Counted from the stretch's first letter, positions 39,094-46,474 are shown. The stretch is DNA of 54,503 nt from an uncultured virus (IMG/VR IMGVR_UViG_3300013006_001224) (IMGVR_UViG_3300013006_001224), one strand, 5' to 3'. Made by a program: numbers and translations. The notes: a model not told the origin generated them from the sequence alone.

Positions 39094-39144
39094 TTATATA
39101 TGTATTTTTTCACGGATAATTTGTTTTAGTCGACTTGAGTTCAT
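39094..39144 (-). pseudogene. Leader-only remnant ORF MNSSRLKQIIREKIHI
   Basis: ATGAACTCAAGTCGACTAAAACAAATTATCCGTGAA then stop at codon 17; a degenerate copy of the leader DNA. Confidence 0.65.
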
Positions 39145-39147
39145 AAT

Positions 39148-39690
39148 TTATTTACCAATTCTAGGTTTAATATCAGAGGGGAGAGGTCCTGTCGATGTAA
39201 TTTTAATATCATCATTCTTAAGAAATACTTTTTTAAGTAAATGTCGTTGTTTTGAATCTAAATTATGTTTACGCGAAAAAAATTCTACATCAGTCGAAGT
39301 TGGGTTATCAACTGTCGAGCTTTTAAATCTTTTAATAAGTTGTTTATCGCTAGATGATAGATAAGGTACAGTCACTGTATCTTTAATAAGCGATACTACA
39401 GCGCTTAAAGGACCTGTCATGGTAACTTCATCTTCCATGTTTCCAGCAGCTAACTCTTTAGCATCTCTACGTCCCGCTTTTTTGTAGATTTGTGTTAAGA
39501 TATCTTCAACCTCATTACGTGCATTTTCATCTTTTGGGTTTGATATACGTACGTCCATCGCTACTTTTAATTTGTTTATAAGAATACTACTGATAGTAAC
39601 ACTCTTACCGTCAATACTGATGGTTTCAGCTTCTTTCAATACGTTCCAAATCTCTTCACGTATAATTTGTTGTAGTTGTTTTGAATTCAT
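39148..39690 (-). CDS. Leader-bearing protein (MNSKQLQQIIREEI type); start revised to 39690
   Basis: The track ORF's first 37 aa mostly overlap the upstream gene; the leader DNA is 59/62 identical to 40585-40646. Confidence 0.7.
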   Translation of the reverse strand: MNSKQLQQIIREEIWNVLKEAETISIDGKSVTISSILINKLKVAMDVRISNPKDENARNEVEDILTQIYKKAGRRDAKELAAGNMEDEVTMTGPLSAVVSLIKDTVTVPYLSSSDKQLIKRFKSSTVDNPTSTDVEFFSRKHNLDSKQRHLLKKVFLKNDDIKITSTGPLPSDIKPRIGK

Positions 39691-39700
39691 TTCATTATCT

Positions 39701-39910
39701 TTACAATTCATGATAACCAGCATTAGCCTGGTTGATGTAAACTTCTGCTTGAGAAATATGGCCTTGTATCCAAGCCGGAAGATTCTTTTCCGTCTTACCA
39801 ACCTTTTGTGAAAGTTCTACAGCTGAACGTGCAATTACCAACAATTGTTGTTGAACCATTTTAACTTCATGGTCTTCGTCTGCTTCTTTGAGTAAGTTTT
39901 TTAGTTTCAT
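39701..39910 (-). CDS. Leader-bearing small protein (MKLKNLLKEA type)
   Basis: DHEVKM...LPAWIQGHISQA helical module after the leader. Confidence 0.7.
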   Translation of the reverse strand: MKLKNLLKEADEDHEVKMVQQQLLVIARSAVELSQKVGKTEKNLPAWIQGHISQAEVYINQANAGYHEL

Positions 39911-40140
39911 TTGCGTAAATCTATTTGTTTTAGCCGAGCTTGTATTTGAACTAACTCACGTTTTGATAGTATCAACCATTTTCTAATATCTTTATGTTCA
40001 ATAAGTCTAGCTGCGTCATCAATAGATTGCATTAACTCATCAACTGATGAAACAACATTTACTAACGCTTGATGTTGTTTTGGTTCTAAGTAAGTTGTTA
40101 ACTGACCAGAAGCTTCTTTAAGTAAGTTTTTTAGTTTCAT
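39907..40140 (-). CDS. Leader-bearing small protein (MKLKNLLKEA type)
   Basis: Leader DNA 28/29 identical to 39882-39910. Confidence 0.7.
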   Translation of the reverse strand: MKLKNLLKEASGQLTTYLEPKQHQALVNVVSSVDELMQSIDDAARLIEHKDIRKWLILSKRELVQIQARLKQIDLRK

Positions 40141-40142
40141 AA

Positions 40143-40646
40143 TTATACTTTAAACTTTTTAACGACATCTGCTAACTTGTTATAATGCTTAGCAACGAAA
40201 GCAGGATCTATTTCATAGACAGAATACCCAAAACTCGATAAAGCTTCGTTAACATCCGTTAGAGCTTTTGCAAGCTTTTTATCTTTAAGCATTTCAGCGC
40301 TATCATCATCACTACATATAGCAAAAAGTGTATCTGTGTTATCGGATAAAAGATCTAAAACCTTTTTGAAGTCTGCGTTGTCACCTGTTTTATAAAATTT
40401 AGAGAAGTCCAATAAGAATTTTGCAAGATACTCAATACCTTTAAACTTTTTAAAGCCTGATATAGTTTCGCCTTCATAGTCTTCATAGTCATCATCCAAT
40501 ACAGAAGCTGTTAGTGGAGTTGTTACTAGTTTAAGTATCTGGTCAAATTTGTTAAAGTCTAAATCTTTTAACGGCGTTGACGATGCTTCTTTCAATACGT
40601 TACTAACCTCTTCACGTATAATTTGTTGTAGTTGTTTTGAATTCAT
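40143..40646 (-). CDS. Leader-bearing protein (MNSKQLQQIIREEV type)
   Basis: First gene after the late motif at 40676; AAGGA upstream. Confidence 0.7.
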   Translation of the reverse strand: MNSKQLQQIIREEVSNVLKEASSTPLKDLDFNKFDQILKLVTTPLTASVLDDDYEDYEGETISGFKKFKGIEYLAKFLLDFSKFYKTGDNADFKKVLDLLSDNTDTLFAICSDDDSAEMLKDKKLAKALTDVNEALSSFGYSVYEIDPAFVAKHYNKLADVVKKFKV

Positions 40647-40675
40647 TTATATAGTCCTTATATAATAATAACAAT

Positions 40676-40684
40676 AATAAATAT
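40676..40684 (-). promoter_or_regulatory. Late-type motif ATATTTAT(A/T), representative of ~11 copies
   Basis: Plus-strand WATAAATAT at 696, 3515, 8117, 12059, 23188, 24663, 28940, 30841, 33826, 38741 and 40676, each 4-30 nt upstream of a minus-strand start. Confidence 0.7.
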
Positions 40685-40690
40685 TATACA

Positions 40691-40951
40691 CTACCAATAA
40701 CCACCAGGACATGATTCATTAGGCGACATGCATTTTGCTGTTACCGGACAATTACATCCCGAGAATACCGTACGGTCTTTTGCCCAAGCCTTAATACGGC
40801 TGCTACACGTATTACCGTCTCGTACTGGACATTGTAAACATATGGTAAGTCTAGCATCAGCTAATTGCCGTGTTTCCGAATCTAATGTACCTCGTTTAGA
40901 TAACCATAGATTCCACCACCCTTCGGCAATATTACGCGGATTGATTTTCAT
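40691..40951 (-). CDS. Cys-rich putative metal-binding protein
   Basis: RLTICLQC...C...CNC...KC.....CP..YW. Confidence 0.65.
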   Translation of the reverse strand: MKINPRNIAEGWWNLWLSKRGTLDSETRQLADARLTICLQCPVRDGNTCSSRIKAWAKDRTVFSGCNCPVTAKCMSPNESCPGGYW

Positions 40952-41150
40952 CAGCGACTTCTACCGGTGCTTCAGATATATTAGCCAGCTTCTCCTTGAA
41001 CTCTCTCACAGCCATGATAGCCGTATTACCATGCATGACCTGTTCAAGTGATACCAGTTGTTTAAGATTTGCAGTAAACCAACGTCCAAATTGTTTGGCT
41101 TCCATGCTATTGCGTTGCTCGATGAGCACTCCCATTAATGATTGTTTCAT
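40932..41150 (-). CDS. Hypothetical protein
   Basis: 72 aa ORF with A-rich leader. Confidence 0.5.
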   Translation of the reverse strand: MKQSLMGVLIEQRNSMEAKQFGRWFTANLKQLVSLEQVMHGNTAIMAVREFKEKLANISEAPVEVADENQSA

Positions 41151-41245
41151 AATTTATTTTATTTGTTTTTGTTGCGGGTTAAATTATAGTATAGTCCTCG
41201 ACACACCCGTCACTGCGTTCGGGTCTCGGACTGGCTCCGCCGGCC

Positions 41246-41413
41246 CTATATGCCATTTAATACAGCAATCAAGCTATCAAAGAATGCATAGGCACACCAA
41301 CCGACCATAGCCCAGCCAAAGGCCGACCAACCAGGATTGCCAGCTCGGGTATGGCGTCGTGCTATTTGAGCATTAAATACTCCCAATACCAAAAATACTA
41401 CTAACATAATCAT
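41246..41413 (-). CDS. Small two-TM membrane protein (55 aa)
   Basis: Read manually: MIMLVVFLVLGVFNAQIARRHTRAGNPGWSAFGWAMVGWCAYAFFDSLIAVLNGI; promoter-like TTTGA-N17-GGTATATTGT at 41439-41470. Confidence 0.55.
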   Translation of the reverse strand: MIMLVVFLVLGVFNAQIARRHTRAGNPGWSAFGWAMVGWCAYAFFDSLIAVLNGI

Positions 41414-41465
41414 AAGCGTTTTCTTTTTAAATGTTTATACAATATACCGAAAAAATCTTGTATCG

Positions 41466-41825
41466 TCAAAACTTTGTTCCATTTGCACTGCGACATAAAT
41501 CTAACACCAGCATTGTTTCATGAACCTCAACCTTAACAGGATCGGCAAACCCAATTAGCACATATTCATGTGTCAAGCCATATCCTCGATTTACGCTCGC
41601 ACACCACGTGCCCAAGCGCTTCTTACCGGTCTCCGAATTTAGTATCCATACATCGCCATCATGACGACCCAGACGTGCAAATTGTGCTCTACCAGCGGCA
41701 GTCTCTGCAAGACATACGATCAGCGTATTGCTAGCTGGCATCCATTCCCATTGGGGGCTCGGCCAAGCATTAAGTGTTACGGTTTCCATGTTTATGATAA
41801 TTTGCGCGTAGGATGTCATAGTCAT
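41466..41825 (-). CDS. Tandem paralogue family member 5 (WxW...hxNxxTG)
   Basis: QWEWMPASNTLIV; VWILNSETGKKR; VEVHE. Confidence 0.6.
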   Translation of the reverse strand: MTMTSYAQIIINMETVTLNAWPSPQWEWMPASNTLIVCLAETAAGRAQFARLGRHDGDVWILNSETGKKRLGTWCASVNRGYGLTHEYVLIGFADPVKVEVHETMLVLDLCRSANGTKF

Positions 41826-42099
41826 CCCATACAGTTAATTTAACGACACGCCCTTTGGGGTTATTTGTACAAGGTACCCGGGCCATGAAAGCTACATAAT
41901 GATTCAGCCATTGGGAGTATTTGTTAAAGCGAGCATGGTTACCGGTTGCTGGGTTATGGACGCGTACGGTATGCGCATGCCAGGTATCACCTAGATCTGA
42001 TACTATAGGAAACAATTCCCATCGGGTAATGTGAATGGTATCAGTTCTGGTTTCCCATATAAAGGTACCTGGATCTAATCTATAGCTTAACGTGGTCAT
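41770..42099 (-). CDS. Tandem paralogue family member 4
   Basis: FIWETRTDTIHI; VRVHNPATGNHARF; LTVWD. Confidence 0.65.
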   Translation of the reverse strand: MTTLSYRLDPGTFIWETRTDTIHITRWELFPIVSDLGDTWHAHTVRVHNPATGNHARFNKYSQWLNHYVAFMARVPCTNNPKGRVVKLTVWDDYDILRANYHKHGNRNT

Positions 42100-42481
42100 C
42101 GGCCCATTTTTTAGGTGTTATTAAATTAGGTGTATCAGGATGTATATAGCGCGCTCTGTATTGAGCCCACCCTGTAGCATTATCCCATACTTGCAAGGTA
42201 TATGCTTCATCCATAGTCTTAAAGGTTGCCATGGTGAGTCTTCCATCGGCGCCTACTACGCTGTGGTCATAATGAAATATCATCTTGCCATTAGTTACGC
42301 GATTGTGAAGGCATATGGCTTCACCATGACGTGCCATGCCATCTAGATTCATCGCTGTATTATCCTGCAGGTCCAACAACGCATAACGAATGATGTGGAT
42401 AACACCTATATCCGGGAACCATGCCCACACATGTGAGCCCGGATCAAGTATTCCTACGTGTCCTACTACTCCGCGCGTCAT
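42080..42481 (-). CDS. Tandem paralogue family member 3
   Basis: VWAWFPDIGVIHI; ICLHNRVTNGKMIF; LQVWD; ATGA overlap with the upstream stop. Confidence 0.65.
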   Translation of the reverse strand: MTRGVVGHVGILDPGSHVWAWFPDIGVIHIIRYALLDLQDNTAMNLDGMARHGEAICLHNRVTNGKMIFHYDHSVVGADGRLTMATFKTMDEAYTLQVWDNATGWAQYRARYIHPDTPNLITPKKWADDHVKL

Positions 42482-42789
42482 ATGTCACCTCCTTTTATGC
42501 GTTCTTCCCATTCTGATGGTACCCATACCATCATGGTTAAGGTTGGGTCTTCTTCGCTGCGAAAAAGCTTGCAATAGCATGTCATACCCCAATTGGCATC
42601 ATGGTAATGCTGAAATATCTTGGTGACGCCTGTAGCTGGATTATGTACCCGTAATGCTGGAATATCCTCGCCCATGTGCTGTGGTGCTCCTGCACCGTAC
42701 AACATCCAGGCATTGACATGGAAATGGTATTCAGCAGCATTCCAACGCCAATACTTGTTAAACTGTTCACTTAGAAAAACTGTCATCAT
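42478..42789 (-). CDS. Tandem paralogue family member 2 (start revised to 42789)
   Basis: YWRWNAAEYHFHV; LRVHNPATGVTKIF; MMVWV; ATGA overlap with the upstream stop. Confidence 0.65.
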   Translation of the reverse strand: MMTVFLSEQFNKYWRWNAAEYHFHVNAWMLYGAGAPQHMGEDIPALRVHNPATGVTKIFQHYHDANWGMTCYCKLFRSEEDPTLTMMVWVPSEWEERIKGGDI

Positions 42790-43115
42790 ATGCTTATGCT
42801 CCTTTGTTTTTTTAGATTCTGAAGTAGCTCCCTGTTCTTCCAAATAACCATTGGTATGTTAAGGATACCCTTTTCCAGGTCCTCGGCCGCATACTTCATG
42901 CTATAGGTTCCGCGCCAGGTTTGCCGAAATACAATGGAGCCCTTAGTTTCTTCATTAATGGCTCGGATGGGGGTAGTCAGGTTATCCCAATGATAGGTAC
43001 CGTGATCTCCGAATAAGAGCTCTAAGCATATATGTAATTCATCTGTAACCCATACCCAATCCTTATCACGATTGAAGCTCGATAGGTATGCGCGCAATAA
43101 ACGTTCTTCTGTCAT
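42786..43115 (-). CDS. Tandem paralogue family member 1
   Basis: DWVWVTDELHI; IRAINEETKGSIVF; MVIWK. Confidence 0.6.
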   Translation of the reverse strand: MTEERLLRAYLSSFNRDKDWVWVTDELHICLELLFGDHGTYHWDNLTTPIRAINEETKGSIVFRQTWRGTYSMKYAAEDLEKGILNIPMVIWKNRELLQNLKKQRSISI

Positions 43116-43367
43116 TGTTTGCTAGTTTTGATTCTTGTTCATTTATATATAGACCCTCTTGGGAGGGTTGGGCTTTAGCCCAAATCCTTTCAGACCGGCG
43201 GCTATAGCAAAAAAAAATATGTTCACGATAAAAATGGGTTAAGCACCCACCAAAGCACCGGTATTCCTGGGTATGTTAAGGATAACCGGTATATCCCCCT
43301 ATATATGGGGCTTTTAGGGCTATATAGGGCATTATGGGCGGTTATAGGTGGTTATGGGTGGGTATGG

Positions 43368-43808
43368 CTAGGTATGTTCGGTTGGCATTGGTATACACCG
43401 GTTAGGGTGTGCTTTCAGGTAATCCTTTAAAACATCTCGCCAATACCTTTCCATTGCCCTTGCTGCTACCTCTAAGGGGTTACGCTGATATCCAAAGCGG
43501 GTATCGGTGCGCGCATATAACCGCTTGATAGGCTGTCGGCTATGCGTATACTCATGCAGGATGGTCTTAAGGTATTCCTGGATATGGCTAGCCTGCTTCG
43601 TGTTAATATATATAAGGTTCTCATCTTCATCATAGTAGCCGAGGGTAAATGCATCTGGGCTCCATGTTCTGGGTCTTATATGTTTAACATCAATTGCATA
43701 CTCATGAACGCGCTTACCGAAGTATGTATTGCACCAGGCTAGCGTATAGTTCTTTAAATGCTTTAGTTGGCTAGCTTTAAGATCTGCTATCTGCGTATCG
43801 CCGTTCAT
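43368..43808 (-). CDS. Zincin-like metallopeptidase-domain protein
   Basis: LGYY...IYIN...TILHEYTH..Q...Y..NPLEV.A. Confidence 0.75.
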   Translation of the reverse strand: MNGDTQIADLKASQLKHLKNYTLAWCNTYFGKRVHEYAIDVKHIRPRTWSPDAFTLGYYDEDENLIYINTKQASHIQEYLKTILHEYTHSRQPIKRLYARTDTRFGYQRNPLEVAARAMERYWRDVLKDYLKAHPNRCIPMPTEHT

Positions 43809-44050
43809 ATTATCAGATTCAATAGCGCCAACGTTCCTACTAGTCCTAATATCCAGGCCAACATCTCTACGGCCATCTTCTTGCTTATTATATACTTACT
43901 CATTTCTTTATGTTATGTGCAGCTCCTGCTATTAATTCTTTCATTGCTTCCGTACCTAACCAGCATAGACCTACTAGGCATGCTATAAACGCTAACGGTA
44001 CCATCGCGCGTAGTAAAAAGGGGGTGTCTCTATTCATATTAAACATTGTA

Positions 44051-44383
44051 TTACTTATTTGCTGGTGTTACTCGGTACATAAAGCTTGGCTTAAGGCCCA
44101 TTCTACGGCTGAAATGCGCTACTACGGTATAACCAAATAGCTCTTTTAACTTAGGAGCCATGCCGTTAATTAACTTATAGGCATCATAAGCCTTACCATA
44201 ATCATTTAGGTTCAGCTCATAGTACTTATAGCGCCATGCATTACGACGGGTACCGCGGCCTTGCATACCTACATACCAATGATACTCTTCGCTTATCTTG
44301 CGTTTGGTCCGGATCGATCCTATTTCTTTCTTAACAACGGCCCGTATATAAGCCGCAACTTCCTGGGTGGTTTTCTTTGTCAT
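44051..44383 (-). CDS. Hypothetical basic protein
   Basis: 110 aa ORF with A-rich leader. Confidence 0.55.
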   Translation of the reverse strand: MTKKTTQEVAAYIRAVVKKEIGSIRTKRKISEEYHWYVGMQGRGTRRNAWRYKYYELNLNDYGKAYDAYKLINGMAPKLKELFGYTVVAHFSRRMGLKPSFMYRVTPANK

Positions 44384-44402
44384 ATGACTTATTTTTTATA
44401 TA

Positions 44403-44561
44403 TTAGTATCTAGATACCTTACTACGTAATGACCTCTTAGCCAGAACCTTGTCTCGGCCTCTTTGTTGGGCTTCGGTTTCTGATAGACGCTCTACGGTCA
44501 AAGCAAAATCATAGGCCATTCTAAATAAGACGCGCTCAGCGCCGGTGTACTCTGTACTCAT
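44403..44561 (-). CDS. Small hypothetical protein (52 aa)
   Basis: Read manually: MSTEYTGAERVLFRMAYDFALTVERLSETEAQQRGRDKVLAKRSLRSKVSRY. Confidence 0.55.
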   Translation of the reverse strand: MSTEYTGAERVLFRMAYDFALTVERLSETEAQQRGRDKVLAKRSLRSKVSRY

Positions 44562-44580
44562 ATATACTAGTTGTTTGTAA

Positions 44581-45045
44581 TTACTTGTTCATTACATAGG
44601 CCTTATCTGCCCACGTCTTGCTATTAACGGCCTTATATTGCGCCATACTATACAGGCCTGTATTGCTAAGGTCCTGGTTGATATCTCCAATCACCATATC
44701 CTTTAACAAGACATCCATAGCCCAAACCTTCTTACCCATTCTAGCATATACCGTTAAGGCCGACTCTGTTAAAGGGCTAATGAAAGCAATACTTGCAATA
44801 GCTTTGGCCTTATATCCGCGGAAGGCTTGGATCGGTGAATCACATTGGACTTCCGATGATACCATGAACCCAGCCTTACACTTGGTAATCACTCGATAGG
44901 TACCTTTACCAAAGAAGCCTTCTGCTCCAGATGCGGTCATCACATTCAATTCCTTACGGGGAACTACAACTAAATCTTTAATCATTCTCATTTCTATAGG
45001 GGTTAAAATTATAAACATCGGACGCTCAATACCTACGCTGCACAA
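44581..45045 (-). CDS. Hypothetical protein (true start probably MRMIKDL)
   Basis: Protein-like composition from IKDLVVV onward. Confidence 0.6.
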   Translation of the reverse strand: MCSVGIERPMFIILTPIEMRMIKDLVVVPRKELNVMTASGAEGFFGKGTYRVITKCKAGFMVSSEVQCDSPIQAFRGYKAKAIASIAFISPLTESALTVYARMGKKVWAMDVLLKDMVIGDINQDLSNTGLYSMAQYKAVNSKTWADKAYVMNK

Positions 45046-45068
45046 TTGCAGGGGCTACTAAGAACGGA

Positions 45069-45320
45069 TTAGGCCGTTACCTTAGCCGTTAACGGCACCC
45101 ACTTTCCATCCACAATCTTATGGGGAATACCATCTCTCATGATATACTTGGGATAAGTCGGGGTCAAATTCTGAACCAAACCATTGTTACGGTTGAACTT
45201 TTGTGGACGTCCTGGGCGAACCTTTTCCGTCAAAGCCTTAAGCTCCTTAGCAGCCTGGATGGGCGATAAAAGGTCAACAATCTTTTTACTAGGGCTAAAA
45301 TTCATTCTCTTGTTCTTCAT
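45069..45320 (-). CDS. Hypothetical basic protein, first gene after an early promoter
   Basis: 83 aa ORF; promoter at 45340-45371. Confidence 0.6.
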   Translation of the reverse strand: MKNKRMNFSPSKKIVDLLSPIQAAKELKALTEKVRPGRPQKFNRNNGLVQNLTPTYPKYIMRDGIPHKIVDGKWVPLTAKVTA

Positions 45321-45339
45321 ATCCTTTTTATTTATATAA

Positions 45340-45381
45340 TAAAGATAAGGACATTATTCCCAAAAACCTAAGGAAATGTTG
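45340..45381 (-). promoter_or_regulatory. Early promoter TTAGG-N17-CTTATCTTTA
   Basis: Plus strand TAAAGATAAG (45340) + 17 nt + CCTAAGGAAATGTT. Confidence 0.8.
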
Positions 45382-45406
45382 AAAATGTTTGCTAAATGTT
45401 GCCTTG

Positions 45407-45456
45407 TAACCTATTGATACACAATGACTTATAACCACTTGATAATCAATATGTTA
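45407..45456. promoter_or_regulatory. Tandem 2x25-bp imperfect palindromes (IHF-consensus-like)
   Basis: TAACCTATTGATACACAATGACTTA / TAACCACTTGATAATCAATATGTTA. Confidence 0.65.
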
Positions 45457-45819
45457 GGATCGATCCAGGGAGACGAAGTCTTTATATAAAAAATTTTTTT
45501 CTTCGAGAAAAAGTTGTTACACTTCCAACCACATTCCCCAATATACCATAACCGATGCATGATTGGAGCGTCTTCATCTTCATTAAGGGAAAACTATTAA
45601 GGCGTACACCTTATTAGAACACGTTAATTGTAGGATCTGGATACGATTATATCTTGTTCTAGGGATCCTTTGGGCGCCTTTTAACGTTCTCTTATACGGT
45701 CTTTATTCGGTCGGCCTAGGGAGCACTTCTGAACGAAGCAATCCTAGCTTAAAGAAGCAAGGACCAGAGAAAAAACCACTAAACCCTGATCCTTGCTGTA
45801 TTGCATATTGTTCTATATG

Positions 45820-45957
45820 CTATAACTCTTTCTTTATTATCTTTCGTATCTTATCTACTAGTACTACTATGGCTATTAGTATAGCAATTACTGCGCTGGT
45901 ATAAAGAGTTACCCATGATATTGCTATCTTCTGGATTAGCATGCTTATCATACTCAT
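45820..45957 (-). CDS. Small single-TM protein (45 aa)
   Basis: Read manually: MSMISMLIQKIAISWVTLYTSAVIAILIAIVVLVDKIRKIIKKEL. Confidence 0.45.
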   Translation of the reverse strand: MSMISMLIQKIAISWVTLYTSAVIAILIAIVVLVDKIRKIIKKEL

Positions 45958-45988
45958 CTTTATTCTTATTAGGGAGGCCGTAACTTCG

Positions 45989-46414
45989 TTACAGCGCTAC
46001 CGTTAGGATCTCTCGGATCACAATTTCATCTGCCGGATAATCTCCCTTAAGGAGCTTGGCTACCGTGTAGTCAATGCTAACTCCCGATTTCTTTTGGATC
46101 CAAAACTCTTCAAGGAATTCTGATGAGGTAATGTCACCGATTGCATTTCGTGTTACTCGGAACACTGCTACTTTTACTTGCTGATTCTTATTCATTTGAT
46201 TTATTTGATTACTATTATTACTATTAGTTAAGGTTGAACCTCTGTGGATATGTACATCCGTAAGGAAGTTGGCCACCGGTATAGTGGCATTCGGTTGGAA
46301 GCTAAAACTACCATCGGTAGTGATGACCCGCTGGTCCAATAACACACACCCTTCTGAATTCATTGTTACTGTATTCATATTACTTCTTTTGTTTGTGGTC
46401 TCGATCAAATACAA
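45989..46414 (-). CDS. Hypothetical protein (start uncertain)
   Basis: The C-terminal half from MNKNQQVKVAVF looks globular. Confidence 0.5.
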   Translation of the reverse strand: MYLIETTNKRSNMNTVTMNSEGCVLLDQRVITTDGSFSFQPNATIPVANFLTDVHIHRGSTLTNSNNSNQINQMNKNQQVKVAVFRVTRNAIGDITSSEFLEEFWIQKKSGVSIDYTVAKLLKGDYPADEIVIREILTVAL

Positions 46415-46474
46415 TTAAGCCAATGACTAGCAATGACCATATCATGAAAAGACCCGTTTCTATTACGCCGTGCA

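Noticed and set aside
39691..39801. N-terminal extensions of track ORFs 39148-39801, 38832-39113, 42478-42843 and 53837-54082
   Set aside because: They overlap upstream genes or the leader remnant. Internal ATGs with leader homology, AAGGA or ATGA coupling are better starts.
39000..40650. Leader repeats as a CRISPR array or DGR template/variable repeats
   Set aside because: The repeats are in-frame gene starts separated by whole genes. There is no regular spacer length, no cas or reverse transcriptase gene, and the mismatches are not adenine-specific.
41186..45815. tRNA genes in the GC-rich intergenic segments
   Set aside because: No cloverleaf with a T-loop GTTC(G/A)A and acceptor stem found by eye; tRNAscan-SE would confirm.
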